The translations under genes were made by a program, and so were the position numbers. A DNA stretch of 64,000 nucleotides from the human T2T-CHM13v2.0 reference genome, Homo sapiens: NCBI RefSeq assembly GCF_009914755.1, contig NC_060925.1. One strand, given 5' to 3'. The notes beneath the pieces were generated by a model, which saw only the letters and a list, made by a program, of their open reading frames with translations, ran no database searches and had not been told where the DNA came from. Positions 54,009-64,000 of the stretch are shown piece after piece (within the stretch, counting starts at the first letter, position 1; each line of letters starts with the position of its first letter).

Positions 54009-56831
54009 CTAACAAAAAGCTCTTTCATGACTCAAATTCACCCTGTGAGAGTCCAGTTATCCCACAGAGACTGTTGTATTTGGGGTTTGATCCTGAGCTG
54101 CAATCTCACAGCTTCCCTCACTGTGATGAATGCATAATATTAGTTTGATGTGAAAAGTGTTGGGAAAAAGCAATGTTTTCCAAATCAGAGTAAAGGCAAG
54201 CAGGGAAGAATCTGCAAGGAGAAGCTTAATAAAAGAAACAGTTGCTCCCTGTGAGGACTTGCTAAAACAAACCATTTCCGTTATTTGACACCGCATTCAG
54301 AACATGGGAGAAGAGGAAACAAAGTGCCACTCAAGAATGCCAGCCTTAGCCTTGATAGCTTCATCTGAAAATTCTGCACCCTGAATTATGTCCTATATTA
54401 ACTCCCTGCAACCAGAAACTTTCTGAGCACACAGTCTTTGAGTTTGAAAAAAACGTCTTTGTGTTGGACCGTGAATTTTGTGTTCAAGCGCTCTTTATAG
54501 AAATCTACCAAATCCCCATTAATCCAGTGTCTAGTCAGCTCTGACGATCTTTAATAATGATTCTATAACCTTTCTTAGAAGGTCATCCCACTTCGAATGG
54601 AAACACAGTGATCACTGAAAGTAAAAAATTGCCTCCCTCCATCTCCTTTATTCCTCCCCAACTAGACTTAGGCAGGCACTTGGTTTCTTATCCACTTTTT
54701 TCCTTCGACATGAATTCAGACTGGTGCTATGGAATGTCCATGCATTTCTGAAAGCCCCTATTTGGAAAAGGCCAAGCTTACACTAGTAGCTGTGTGTGAA
54801 AGGGCCTGGGGGGACACAGCCTCCTCTTTGTGATCAGCATGTGCATAAAGGACTCCGTGGGAGACCCCACTGGGATCTGAAGAGTAGGCCCCAACTGATT
54901 GGAGGACCAGATGAATCAGACCAAAGCAGGCAGACAGGAAGGAACTAATCAGAATTAATTCTGGAAATAGATGTCTTTGGCTTGCTCTTTGCTTTCTACA
55001 CATTAATACTGTGGTTTGCATGGGTGTGTTGGGACCACTTAAGTTGCTACTCAGTGACAAATCATGGCCTTTAAAAATCTAGTATGTGGACTTAGATTTT
55101 ATTCTTCAGTTTATTAGCTGTGTAGCCTTAGGAAGGTTACTTACCTTATCTGATCCTTTCGGCCTCCTTACCTATAAGGTGGAGTGAATGTGCCTCTCTG
55201 GAATTGCTATAAGGGTAAGTGCACATATGGCTTCCAGCAGGGTACCTTTAGCACAACAGGTAGTCAATTAAAGTAACTCCTTTATATAATCATAAAGAAG
55301 TATAATTCCACTGATACTCATTAAGTTTGTGGCATTATCCCAGGTCCTATAAAGTACGGGAAAAGTTATAGGTATACCCTGGATATCCAAGATGATGTCA
55401 TTTTCAAACATTCCCTTTAGTTTCCCTATAAGTAAAACTTGTTATTATCAAATGAGAGGTTGCCAGTTTTGGCTCTAAATAAGATTGTCACTGTGGGTTG
55501 AGGCAAGCCAGGTCCATGTCCTTAAGGAGACTGTAATCTAGTTTAGAAGAAAACGCATACTCAGAGAGACCTATAATAAAGTACAAGATAATCACAGTCA
55601 CTATATTTACAATCATCCCTTTTATTTATATGCCACTTTGTAGTTGAAAAGGTACATTTAAATAAATTTCCTTGCAAGGTAACCTTGCAAGATATTTTAT
55701 TGTCATTTTTACAGACAACAGAACTTGGAAGCAGCAAGATTCTAGAAACTGCCCATAGACCTACACTACTTGACGTAAGGCAGGACTGGGATTTCTACTC
55801 AGGTTCTCCTCATTCTAAAACCAGTGCTTTTTCTGACTTCCTTTCTAGAGAGGCTCTAGTAGAATTTCAGGCTGTGTAAATTTTATTCATTCAACAGCTA
55901 TTTACTGGGCCATCCAGGGACTTCATGTCCTGATATTATGGTGAGTTTTCCATCCAATCACCTGCAGGGTCTTACCTCCTGGGTGATTTTGCTTAGTTTC
56001 ATGACCTACAAAACTGGCCTTCTCAGGATGGCACAGATAACGATATTGAAAGAACTGCCTAAGAAAATAAATTATCTTTCAGAAGGGATGGGATCACTCT
56101 TAGTTTCCTCCTGAAATACCTATTATCTCTATCACAGTGCTTAAATGGCTTAGTATCTTAATCAACTTCTTCAAACTCTTTGAAGATAAGGATATTTAAA
56201 TTAAAAATATGTTCTTTAAGTTCTGCATCAAAGTGTATTATAAAGTCTGGTCTTTTCTATTGCTTGGTCAGCCTTATGGGGCCTGAGGGAAAGTCAGCTT
56301 GCTAGAATGAATTGGGCAAGGTGAAGGACCTGAATTATATGTCCTTATCGGTCCAAAAATGACATTGAGCTACCTCCAATTTGTGTTATCATAGTCTCCA
56401 ACTAGAGGAAGCCAAAAAAGAAAACGAACACAAATAAATACTCTGAAAAAAAGAGAAGCTTATCACTGAAACACATCCCTATCTTTTACACAAAAAGTCC
56501 ATGTAAATGGAGCAAGGTGACCAAAATCTCAAGAGTTATTTGGCAAAACCTCCAGTCTAGGTGACTGGAACCACAGGGCCACAGAATGCACTAAAGCCAA
56601 TAGTCATTTTTTATTTTCCTGATAAAACTGTTCACCCTAATTCATAGTTCTGATGGTGACACTGTCTCATTCAGGGATATCCACTGACCCATCAATCTGA
56701 AGAATAAATTATTGAACTTGCATTTAAACTCTAAGATCTGATCACACCTACCAATCCCCCCACCCCACCCCACTATCCAGCTACACCTCCCTATATACCT
56801 TCTACTCAAGCTGCAGGGGCGTAATCACCGT

Positions 56832-57150
56832 TCATTCATTTTCATTCATCCAAACAAGGATACAGGTGTCAGATACTACTAGGTCCCAAGGAAAAAAACA
56901 CAAACAGTAATCAGTGGCCTCCAGGAACTCACAGTCTAATGAGGGAGACCCATAATTATGGAAACGTGACAAGTACCAAAATACTGCATTATACCATGCT
57001 GTAGGAATGCAGAGAAGAATTCCTTGAAGAGCCGTCTGAGTTGTGCCTTGAAAGTTAACTATGGTATCTACCAACCGGACGAGGTTGGGAAAGCCGTGGA
57101 AGGCAGAAGACACAGCACATGCAAAGGCACCGAGGAAAGGGAAAGCATTC
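56832..57150 (-). mobile_element. L2 3' fragment
   Basis: Starts 'ttcattcattttcattcatcc'; contains 'ggcctccaggaactcacagtcta' and 'acagcacatgcaaaggcaccgagg'. Confidence 0.65.
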
Positions 57151-57321
57151 CCTGGCTGTGTGTCCTCTTGTTTAAAGCATTTATCTATCCACAACATCTT
57201 CAGTATACTGGCCTCTCAAAATCCCACCTTAAGGCCCAGTTCAAACAACATCTCTTATAAATAATCTTTGTTTAACATCCTGGGCAGAATTATCTTTTCT
57301 TTCCTAAAGCTTTCATAACCA

Positions 57322-57593
57322 GAGCAGGGTTTGGTGGCTCGCATCTGCAATCCCAAACTTTGGGAAGCTGAGGTAGGAGGATCACTTGGGCTCAGGAGTT
57401 TGAGGCCAACCTGAGCAACATAGTGAGACCCCCATCTCTAAAAAAAAAAAAAAAAAAAAAAACAAAACAGAAAAAAATTAGCCAGGTGCGGTGATGATGC
57501 AGCAGCTACTCAGAAAGCTGAGGTGGAAGGATCGCTTGAGCGTGGGAGGTCTAGGCTGCAATGAGCCATGATCATGAACCAGGGTGACAGAGC
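57322..57593 (+). mobile_element. Alu (AluJ-like) with internal deletions and expanded middle A-tract
   Basis: J-type 'ggaggatcacttgggctcagg' and 'catagtgagacccc'; long A run at ~57440-57477; right arm shortened. Confidence 0.85.
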
Positions 57594-58187
57594 ATATATA
57601 AATGCTCCCATAATCCATATTTTAGCACATTCCATAGCCTGTTCTGTGTTCACAGTGACTAGAAAAAAAAGTAACTAAGTGTCCTCAAGAGAGCTGGGTG
57701 CAAAAGTAGGTGGCAGATGAGAAAGGGCAGCTTGGATAAAGCAGCTTTGGTGAGATAAAGGATGCAGGGCCTTAGACCTATTTCTCTCTGTCAAGATGAG
57801 GACGGCCAGCAGCGGTGAGGGGAGGGGCTTATCTAGCCACAGCAGAACATCCTGCTCTGGTCTGGAATTATACAGGGGGAAGATAAAGCTTTGGAAGCTG
57901 GGTAAAGGCCTAACAAAAACATTCTTGATCTGTAAATAATCTAAGCAAACCACACTAAACATTCCTTTTTCTATCGCATGGATAGAGGATAGTCTCTGTT
58001 TCTAAAGTAGATTGGGAGCCAATACCTTAGTAGTTATACAGTTTGGATTTTTATGAATTAGTGAAATTAAAAATAAATACCTTACAGTGACCATTATAGG
58101 GTTGCTACCTTTATATTTTACTAATCAAGAATAGTTTTTAAAATATTATCTACTATCACAGTCATTTCATCTAAAAAGAGGCATTTC

Positions 58188-58189
<2 letters not shown>

Positions 58190-58221
<32 letters not shown>
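58190..58221. repeat. (CA)n microsatellite
   Basis: Direct reading, about 15-16 units. Confidence 0.92.
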
Positions 58222-58223
<2 letters not shown>

Positions 58224-58394
58224 AACACTCCAGAAGGAAAATCTCAGAATAAAAGATAGCCTTTCCATTCAATCAGTATGGCTTTAGAAGCCATGATATT
58301 GCTCTTATTTCTCTCATTTCAAATGAGACCAGTTCAGGTTAGGCAAATTGGTGCTTTCAAATCTATTTATTTAGAATCCCTCTCCCATACCATA

Positions 58395-58929
58395 TGTGGC
58401 AGATCCACCCTAAGGTGATCCCACTGAGCCACACCCTTGAGGGCTAGGGGAACCTGACACTCACTTGTAGTTAATAGAAATCAGCAAAAATGGTGGATGG
58501 TCACCTCCAGGATTACATAAATTATATAAGACTCCATTTTAGCAGACTGCAGTGACAGATTCTCCTACTGAAGGTGCCTTGTGAGAAGGTGTGTGAGGGG
58601 ACCCTGTGGCAGAGAATTTGGGGACTTCTAGGAGCTCAGTTCAAGCCCTGGATGGTAGTCAGCAAGAAAACAGGGACCTCAGTCCTGCAACCACAAGAAC
58701 TAAATTCTGCCAGCAACCATATGCACTTGGAAGAGGATCCCAAGCTCCACAAAATGAACACAGCCCAGAATCCTGAAAGAAAGGCAGCATTGAGAGACCC
58801 CTGAGCAGAGGACCCTGCAAAGCTGGGCCGAGACCCCTGACCCATGGAAACTGTCAGATAATAAATGTGTGCTGTTTAAAGCCACTAAGTCTGTGGTAAT
58901 TAGCTATACAGCAGTAGCTAACTAATACA
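58395..58929 (+). mobile_element. MaLR solo LTR (MLT1F/G-like)
   Basis: 'tgtggcagat...' to '...gaaactgtcagataataaatgtgtgctgtttaaagccactaagtctgtggtaatt...aactaataca'. Confidence 0.8.
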
Positions 58930-59495
58930 TTAGACTACAAGCTTCTTGAGGGAAGATCTCACAAGGCCTAGAATGGTTGTCTGCACATAAATGTAAAGAA
59001 TAAATGCTCCAGGGTGAACTGTACTGGCCCTGATTCAAGGCTGTCAGTAATAATTTATGTTTTTCAGGCCCCAAAAGCACTGGGAAGAATGTGACATGGT
59101 AGGCTTTGCAGTTTCAAAAGTCCTTTGAGGGGTTCATTTGGCTGGTGGTCATCTTGCTATAATCTGTCTGGAAAGCCAGGAGGATCTTTCCAAGGACACT
59201 AGTGGAACATACCCATAGAGAGTGTGCTCTGAGCTAAAATCATTCAGCTGCATCGTTTCATCATGCAATGTAAAACAATTCCCAGGAGGGCTTGGTGGGG
59301 TGAGGTTTGAAATGGAGACCTGGATGGTAACAACCATAACCATAATTAACATTAGTACTACTTGCAGATTTCACATAAGACTTCCTATCCATCATAACCT
59401 GTGGTCCTTTTATCAGTCTTCTAATAGCAGGTATTATTAGCATATCCATTGTACAACCAGGGAAACAGAGCCTTAGAGAAGTTATAACACATGCT

Positions 59496-60337
59496 CCCCA
59501 TCAAAAAGTGGGCAAAGGATATGAACAGACACTTCTCAAAAGAAGACATTTATGCAGCCAACAGACACATGAGAAAATGCTCATCATCACTGATCGTCAG
59601 AGAAATGCAAATCAAAACCACAATGAGATACCATCTCACACCAGTTAGAATGGCGATCATTAAAAAGTCAGGAAACAACAGGTGCTGGAGAGGATGTGGA
59701 GAAATAAGAACAAAACTGTTGGTGGGACTGTAAACTGGTTCAACCATCGTGGAAGACAGTGTGGCGATTCCTCAAGGATCTAGAACTAGAAATGCCATTT
59801 GACCCAGCCATCCCATTACTGGGTATATACCCAAAGGATTATAAATCATGCTGCTATAAAGACACATGCACACGTATGTTTATTGTGGCACTATTCACAA
59901 TAGTAAAGACTTGGAACCAACCCAAATGTCCATCAGTGATAGACTGGATTAAGAAAATGTGGCACATATATACCATGGAATACTATGCAGCCATAAAAAA
60001 GGATGAGTTCATGTCCTTTGTAGAGACATGGATGAAGCTGGAAACCATCACTCTCAGCAAACTATTGCAGGGACAAAAATTCAAACACCACCTGTTCTCA
60101 CTCATAGGTGGGAATTGAACAGTGAGAACACTTGGACACAGGAAGGGGAACATCACACACTGGGGCCTATTGTGGGGTGGGGGGATGGGGGAGGGATAGC
60201 ATTAGGAGATATACCTAATGTAAATGACGAGTTAATGGGTGCAGCACACCAACTTGGCACATGTATACATATGTAACAAACTTGCACGTTGTGCACATGT
60301 ACCCTAGAACTTAAAGTATAATAATAATTTAAAAAAA
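59496..60337 (+). mobile_element. 5'-truncated primate L1 (L1PA4-6-like): ORF2 C-terminus plus 3' UTR
   Basis: ORFs 59491-59733 and 59759-60118 reproduce the L1 ORF2p C-terminus ([17 protein letters not shown]...[10 protein letters not shown]...FSLIGGN) with a frameshift in the CCHC region; G-rich 3' UTR; TSD aacacatgct/aagacatgct. Confidence 0.96.
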
Positions 60338-60919
60338 GGCTAACACGGTATGACCATATGTGGCATTACAAAAAAAAAAAAAGACATGCTTAAGGTCACC
60401 TGATAGCGACATTTCTTTTACCCAAATCTATTTTCACAAAACGTTACAAAATACTATTTTCACAAAACTATGATACTCTGGAATTGAACTGCCTAGCACA
60501 TATGGGGCTTGGATGCATGACTTCTAGAGACCATAATTCCTGTGTCCTTCCCTCCTGAATTAGTAAGGCCTTTGAGAATAACATCATGAGGATACTCAGT
60601 CTGTACTTTCAGCAGTCACACTCTCCCTACTTTGGCCTTGAGAAAGACAGACATTTGTGGTTCATTTTCTCAGAGAAGGGTAAACAAAAAATATCCATTT
60701 TTTCTGTTCCTATTGCAAAATGCCCCAAGACATCTCCTAACTGCAACATTACCCTCTGCTTCATATTTAAATAACAGAAATGTTCTATCCTAAAATGGCC
60801 AGTAGTTAAATGTCATTTTTTTTTTTTGCTTTATAGATTATTGTCCCTGGTTCTTTTCATGTGTTACTTTTTATTTTTATTTGCCCAAAGTAACCATTTA
60901 GGAGAAACTGGCCAGAAAC

Positions 60920-61130
60920 TAGCATTTATTTACTGCTTTCCAAGGGCCAGGCACTGTTACGCCCTTTACAAATATTTTCTCATTAGATCTTTGCAAAAAT
61001 TCAGTGAGAAAAATATTATTATTGTTGTTATTGTTCCTTTTTTTTCTTTTCTAGCAGAAGAAACAAAGGGTCGAGAGGTAAAGAAACTTGCTTGAGGTCA
61101 AGCTACAGAAAAGCTACAATGGAACCCAAG
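60920..61130 (-). mobile_element. MIR SINE
   Basis: 'gccaggcactgtt...gaagaaacaaagggtcgagaggtaaagaaacttgcttgaggtca'. Confidence 0.65.
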
Positions 61131-63591
61131 GGCATAGTCTGTCCTTTAGTCTTTCTTTCCTTTTTCCTTTCCTTCCTTCCTTGCTCCTTCAAAATACATG
61201 AACAGAAAATACATTTACAGAAATACAATGACAGAAACTTCTGGTCCTATCCTGAGGTGCTTTAGTGTGGTGGACAATATAGAAGTCCTAAGTGTTGTTA
61301 TAGAGGAAACATGGGAGCAATAATAAGTCAGGGAGATGGCTGTTGAGACAGCTTCCAGGGAGGCTCAGCTGAGCTCAGGACTCCAAGAGAACAGGGGGCT
61401 GGGGTGGAAGGAGCTTTGAGTAACACAGTTCAGAAGTAGATGAGCTGAGTAGGCTTGGGGCACTGCCAGTTTAGTGGCCAGCATGCTTAGGGAGAAATGG
61501 GGAGAAAGCTCTTGTAATGGATACACCCAGAGAGGGTGAGCCAGGCTGGGCCTTGTTCACAATGCCAGGGAATCTGGACCTGATTCACTACAGTACAGGT
61601 TCACATACTGTCTTTCTATAGACTCACATGGAGAAAACATACATACACGAGACCCATTGTCATAGGGATAGGTATAATTGTGCTCAATTGTGCATGTTGG
61701 TTGTAACTCCATTCCTTATTTCCCCCATTTACGAAATGAAGGAATCATGTCTTCATGGGAGTTATGATAGGAATAATCCTATATCCAGTTTAACTTTTCT
61801 TACAAAGTAAATAATTTGCACTTGTTCATACTTTATCATTAATACCAGTGAATTGTAACACACTGAATCTGGAAACAGCTGCACCACATCACACGCCTCC
61901 TGGGTCATTAGGGCACCTTGCCTGGCTTCCCCATTGAGCCCTGCAGAGTTCCTTCCAGCAGGCTGACACTTCTCCTGTCCTTTCTCTGAATGCTCCTGCA
62001 GAAGATCTCCACCAGCTGACATGTAGGGCTCTTTCATAACTTCCTTTTGCCGCCAAAATGCCTCTCCTCCTTCAGTTCTTCAGAAACCAAAGGCAAGTGC
62101 TATTCAGATGTATGATCAATGTGGTCATTTGTTAGAAAACCAGGAGAGGGGAGGGACCAAGAAACTGAGGGGAATTAACATCATTCAGGAAAGTGGAGCT
62201 TTCCAGAAGCGTAGCACATCTATTTTATTTTTAAAAGAAGAGGGTGCTTTGTGTGGCAATGGGAATGCTTTGGTCCACAACTTTGGTCCAGGGGTATGCA
62301 GCCCAAGTCCTCCCTTCTAGAGTTCTAGAGTTGAAAACTTACCTCGCTGGCTTAGAAACTGAGAGAATCCTGCTGTCATTTCATGTCTGCCACCTCCCCT
62401 TTGAACTACCAGTGACCAGACTGCAGCCGTGTCTCTGGTCCCTATGCTCAGCAGAGCTACGTACATCATTAAGTAGAAAGAGACAGCAGTTCTTTTTAAC
62501 TGAGTGGATGGAAGCCACGCCCAAACAAGGATATGATCCCTGGGCAGGCACTAGGTGGAAGCAGGAAGATGCTGTACGAACACCTTGCAGTATGGCAGAA
62601 CCAACCCGAAACATCTTTAGTGGATTCGCAGACAGCAGCCCTACTTGGCAGCCAACATAGGAACCCTTCAATAAACACCCCCAAACTCAGGTGGTCAATA
62701 TGCCAATCATGACCCACCAATGGGCAGGGCCTGAGCTGGTCCTGCTGCCACAGCCTCAGGGGATGGTGAGCTGTGCTACACAGCCTCTCTCCTTCCTGAC
62801 ACCTTGCTTCTGCAGGCTGGACAGTGTGATATCATGGGGAAAACTGGCTTTGGAGTCAGAAAAAACTGGGTTCAATTCCTGGATCCAGCCCTTACTAGCT
62901 AAATGATTTTATGTGAGGTACTCCCCCTCTGATTCCTTTGTTGCCCTTCCAAAACACCCTGCCTTGCACTTAGAACTTTACACTGCTATTGCTAGTTTGT
63001 AATTATCCTCAAGTAGACTAAGAGCTCCTTAACTGGCAGGCACCATATCAGGCTTACTCACAGGCTTATTCTCAGTGCCTAATATAGTGTATGGAACACA
63101 ACAGTGGCTCAACAAGCATATGTGGGTGAAAACCGAATCACTACCTCAAAGGACTGTTGTGGTTATGTGTAAAGAACCTGGTACAGTAGGCCATGATTTG
63201 AGCCCTTAATTAATCTCATTTTCCTTAATCTCACCCAATGTCTCCCCTGATCACCACCTGAGTTCTGATGGAATTATGGCCATCCTTGACTGTAGCCCAC
63301 CAGATACAACGCATCAACCCCTCTGTCTAGAGAATAGGATCAGCCTATCTCTCATCCCACTTTTAGCATTGGTAGAAGGCTTTCTTCAAGAGGAAGAACC
63401 ATCCTGACTGAGCCAAGATGCTGCTCTCTAACCAGTCTGTTCTTTCCCATGCCCCATCCAACAGCCAAGGCTACTTTGAGTCAATGCCAGGATGGGTCAT
63501 ATCAAAGTTTCTGTGTTCCTCTGAACAGCATCTCCCTTTGGGGAAGGTCTGGAGCTCAATTATTTCCCTTCATCCTGGTTAACGTAATCAC

Positions 63592-64000
63592 TGTGGCATA
63601 ATTTTAAGAAATTTGATTTTTGTCCCTTGTTCCTGGCATAGAGCTTCCAAATCTCTTGGGATTCCCCCATTGATAGGAGTGTCTTTGTTACGCTAATGAA
63701 GTGACTCTTGGCAGGGCCCTGAGAGAGCTTCAGGATGGGAGCTGGTTACCAGAAAGACCAACCCTGTGATTAAAGGATTGGAACTTTCAGCCAGGCCCCC
63801 AGACCTCTGAGGAGATTCAGTTCAATCATGTGGTCAAAAGATTTAATCAGTGGGCCTACATTAAAACAAAAACAAACAAACAAATCTCTTGTATTAAAAA
63901 AACTCAGGACAATGAGGTTCCAGGAGCTTCTTGGATGGTTAACATATCAAGGACACCTAGGGACAGAAGAGGCTACTGTGGCCCACCCACCCAAGATCTT
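63592..64000 (+). mobile_element. Solo LTR (MER21-like), runs off the window end
   Basis: 'tttgtcccttgttcctggcatagagcttccaaatctcttgg...gcttcaggatgggagctggttaccagaaagacca...ttggaactttcagcc'. Confidence 0.7.

Noticed and set aside
59491-60118. Two ORFs with convincing protein-like sequence
   Set aside because: They are the frameshifted C-terminus of L1 ORF2p in a 5'-truncated element, not a host gene.

Overview
This is human (primate) non-coding DNA, intronic or intergenic. A near-perfect AluYa5 at 46370-46665 points specifically to human. I see no recognisable protein-coding gene, RNA gene, CpG island or CRISPR array. The ORF track is explained by chance ORFs, Alu-derived ORFs and the C-terminus of a dead L1 ORF2. 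The window is dense in transposon fossils: 12 Alus, a 5'-truncated L1PA, old L1M pieces, many MIR and L2 fragments, solo LTRs (MER31-, MER34-, MER21-like, MLT1, MST, THE1) and DNA-transposon MITEs (MER2, MER3, MER5A, MER33, Tigger4/MER46-like). The most unusual structure is a ~370-bp non-transposon insertion at ~32884-33255 that splits a MIR. It is built from two neighbouring pieces of a locus 4 kb upstream, one direct (28850-29058) and one inverted (28647-28797). This is the geometry of two primers copying one single-stranded template (twin-priming-like), yet there is no poly(A) or clear TSD. Other points of interest are a short L1 3' transduction, the young AluYa5 and several candidate non-coding exons. 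I could not identify the locus. Subfamily names are from memory of consensus sequences, and the boundaries of old repeats are approximate.
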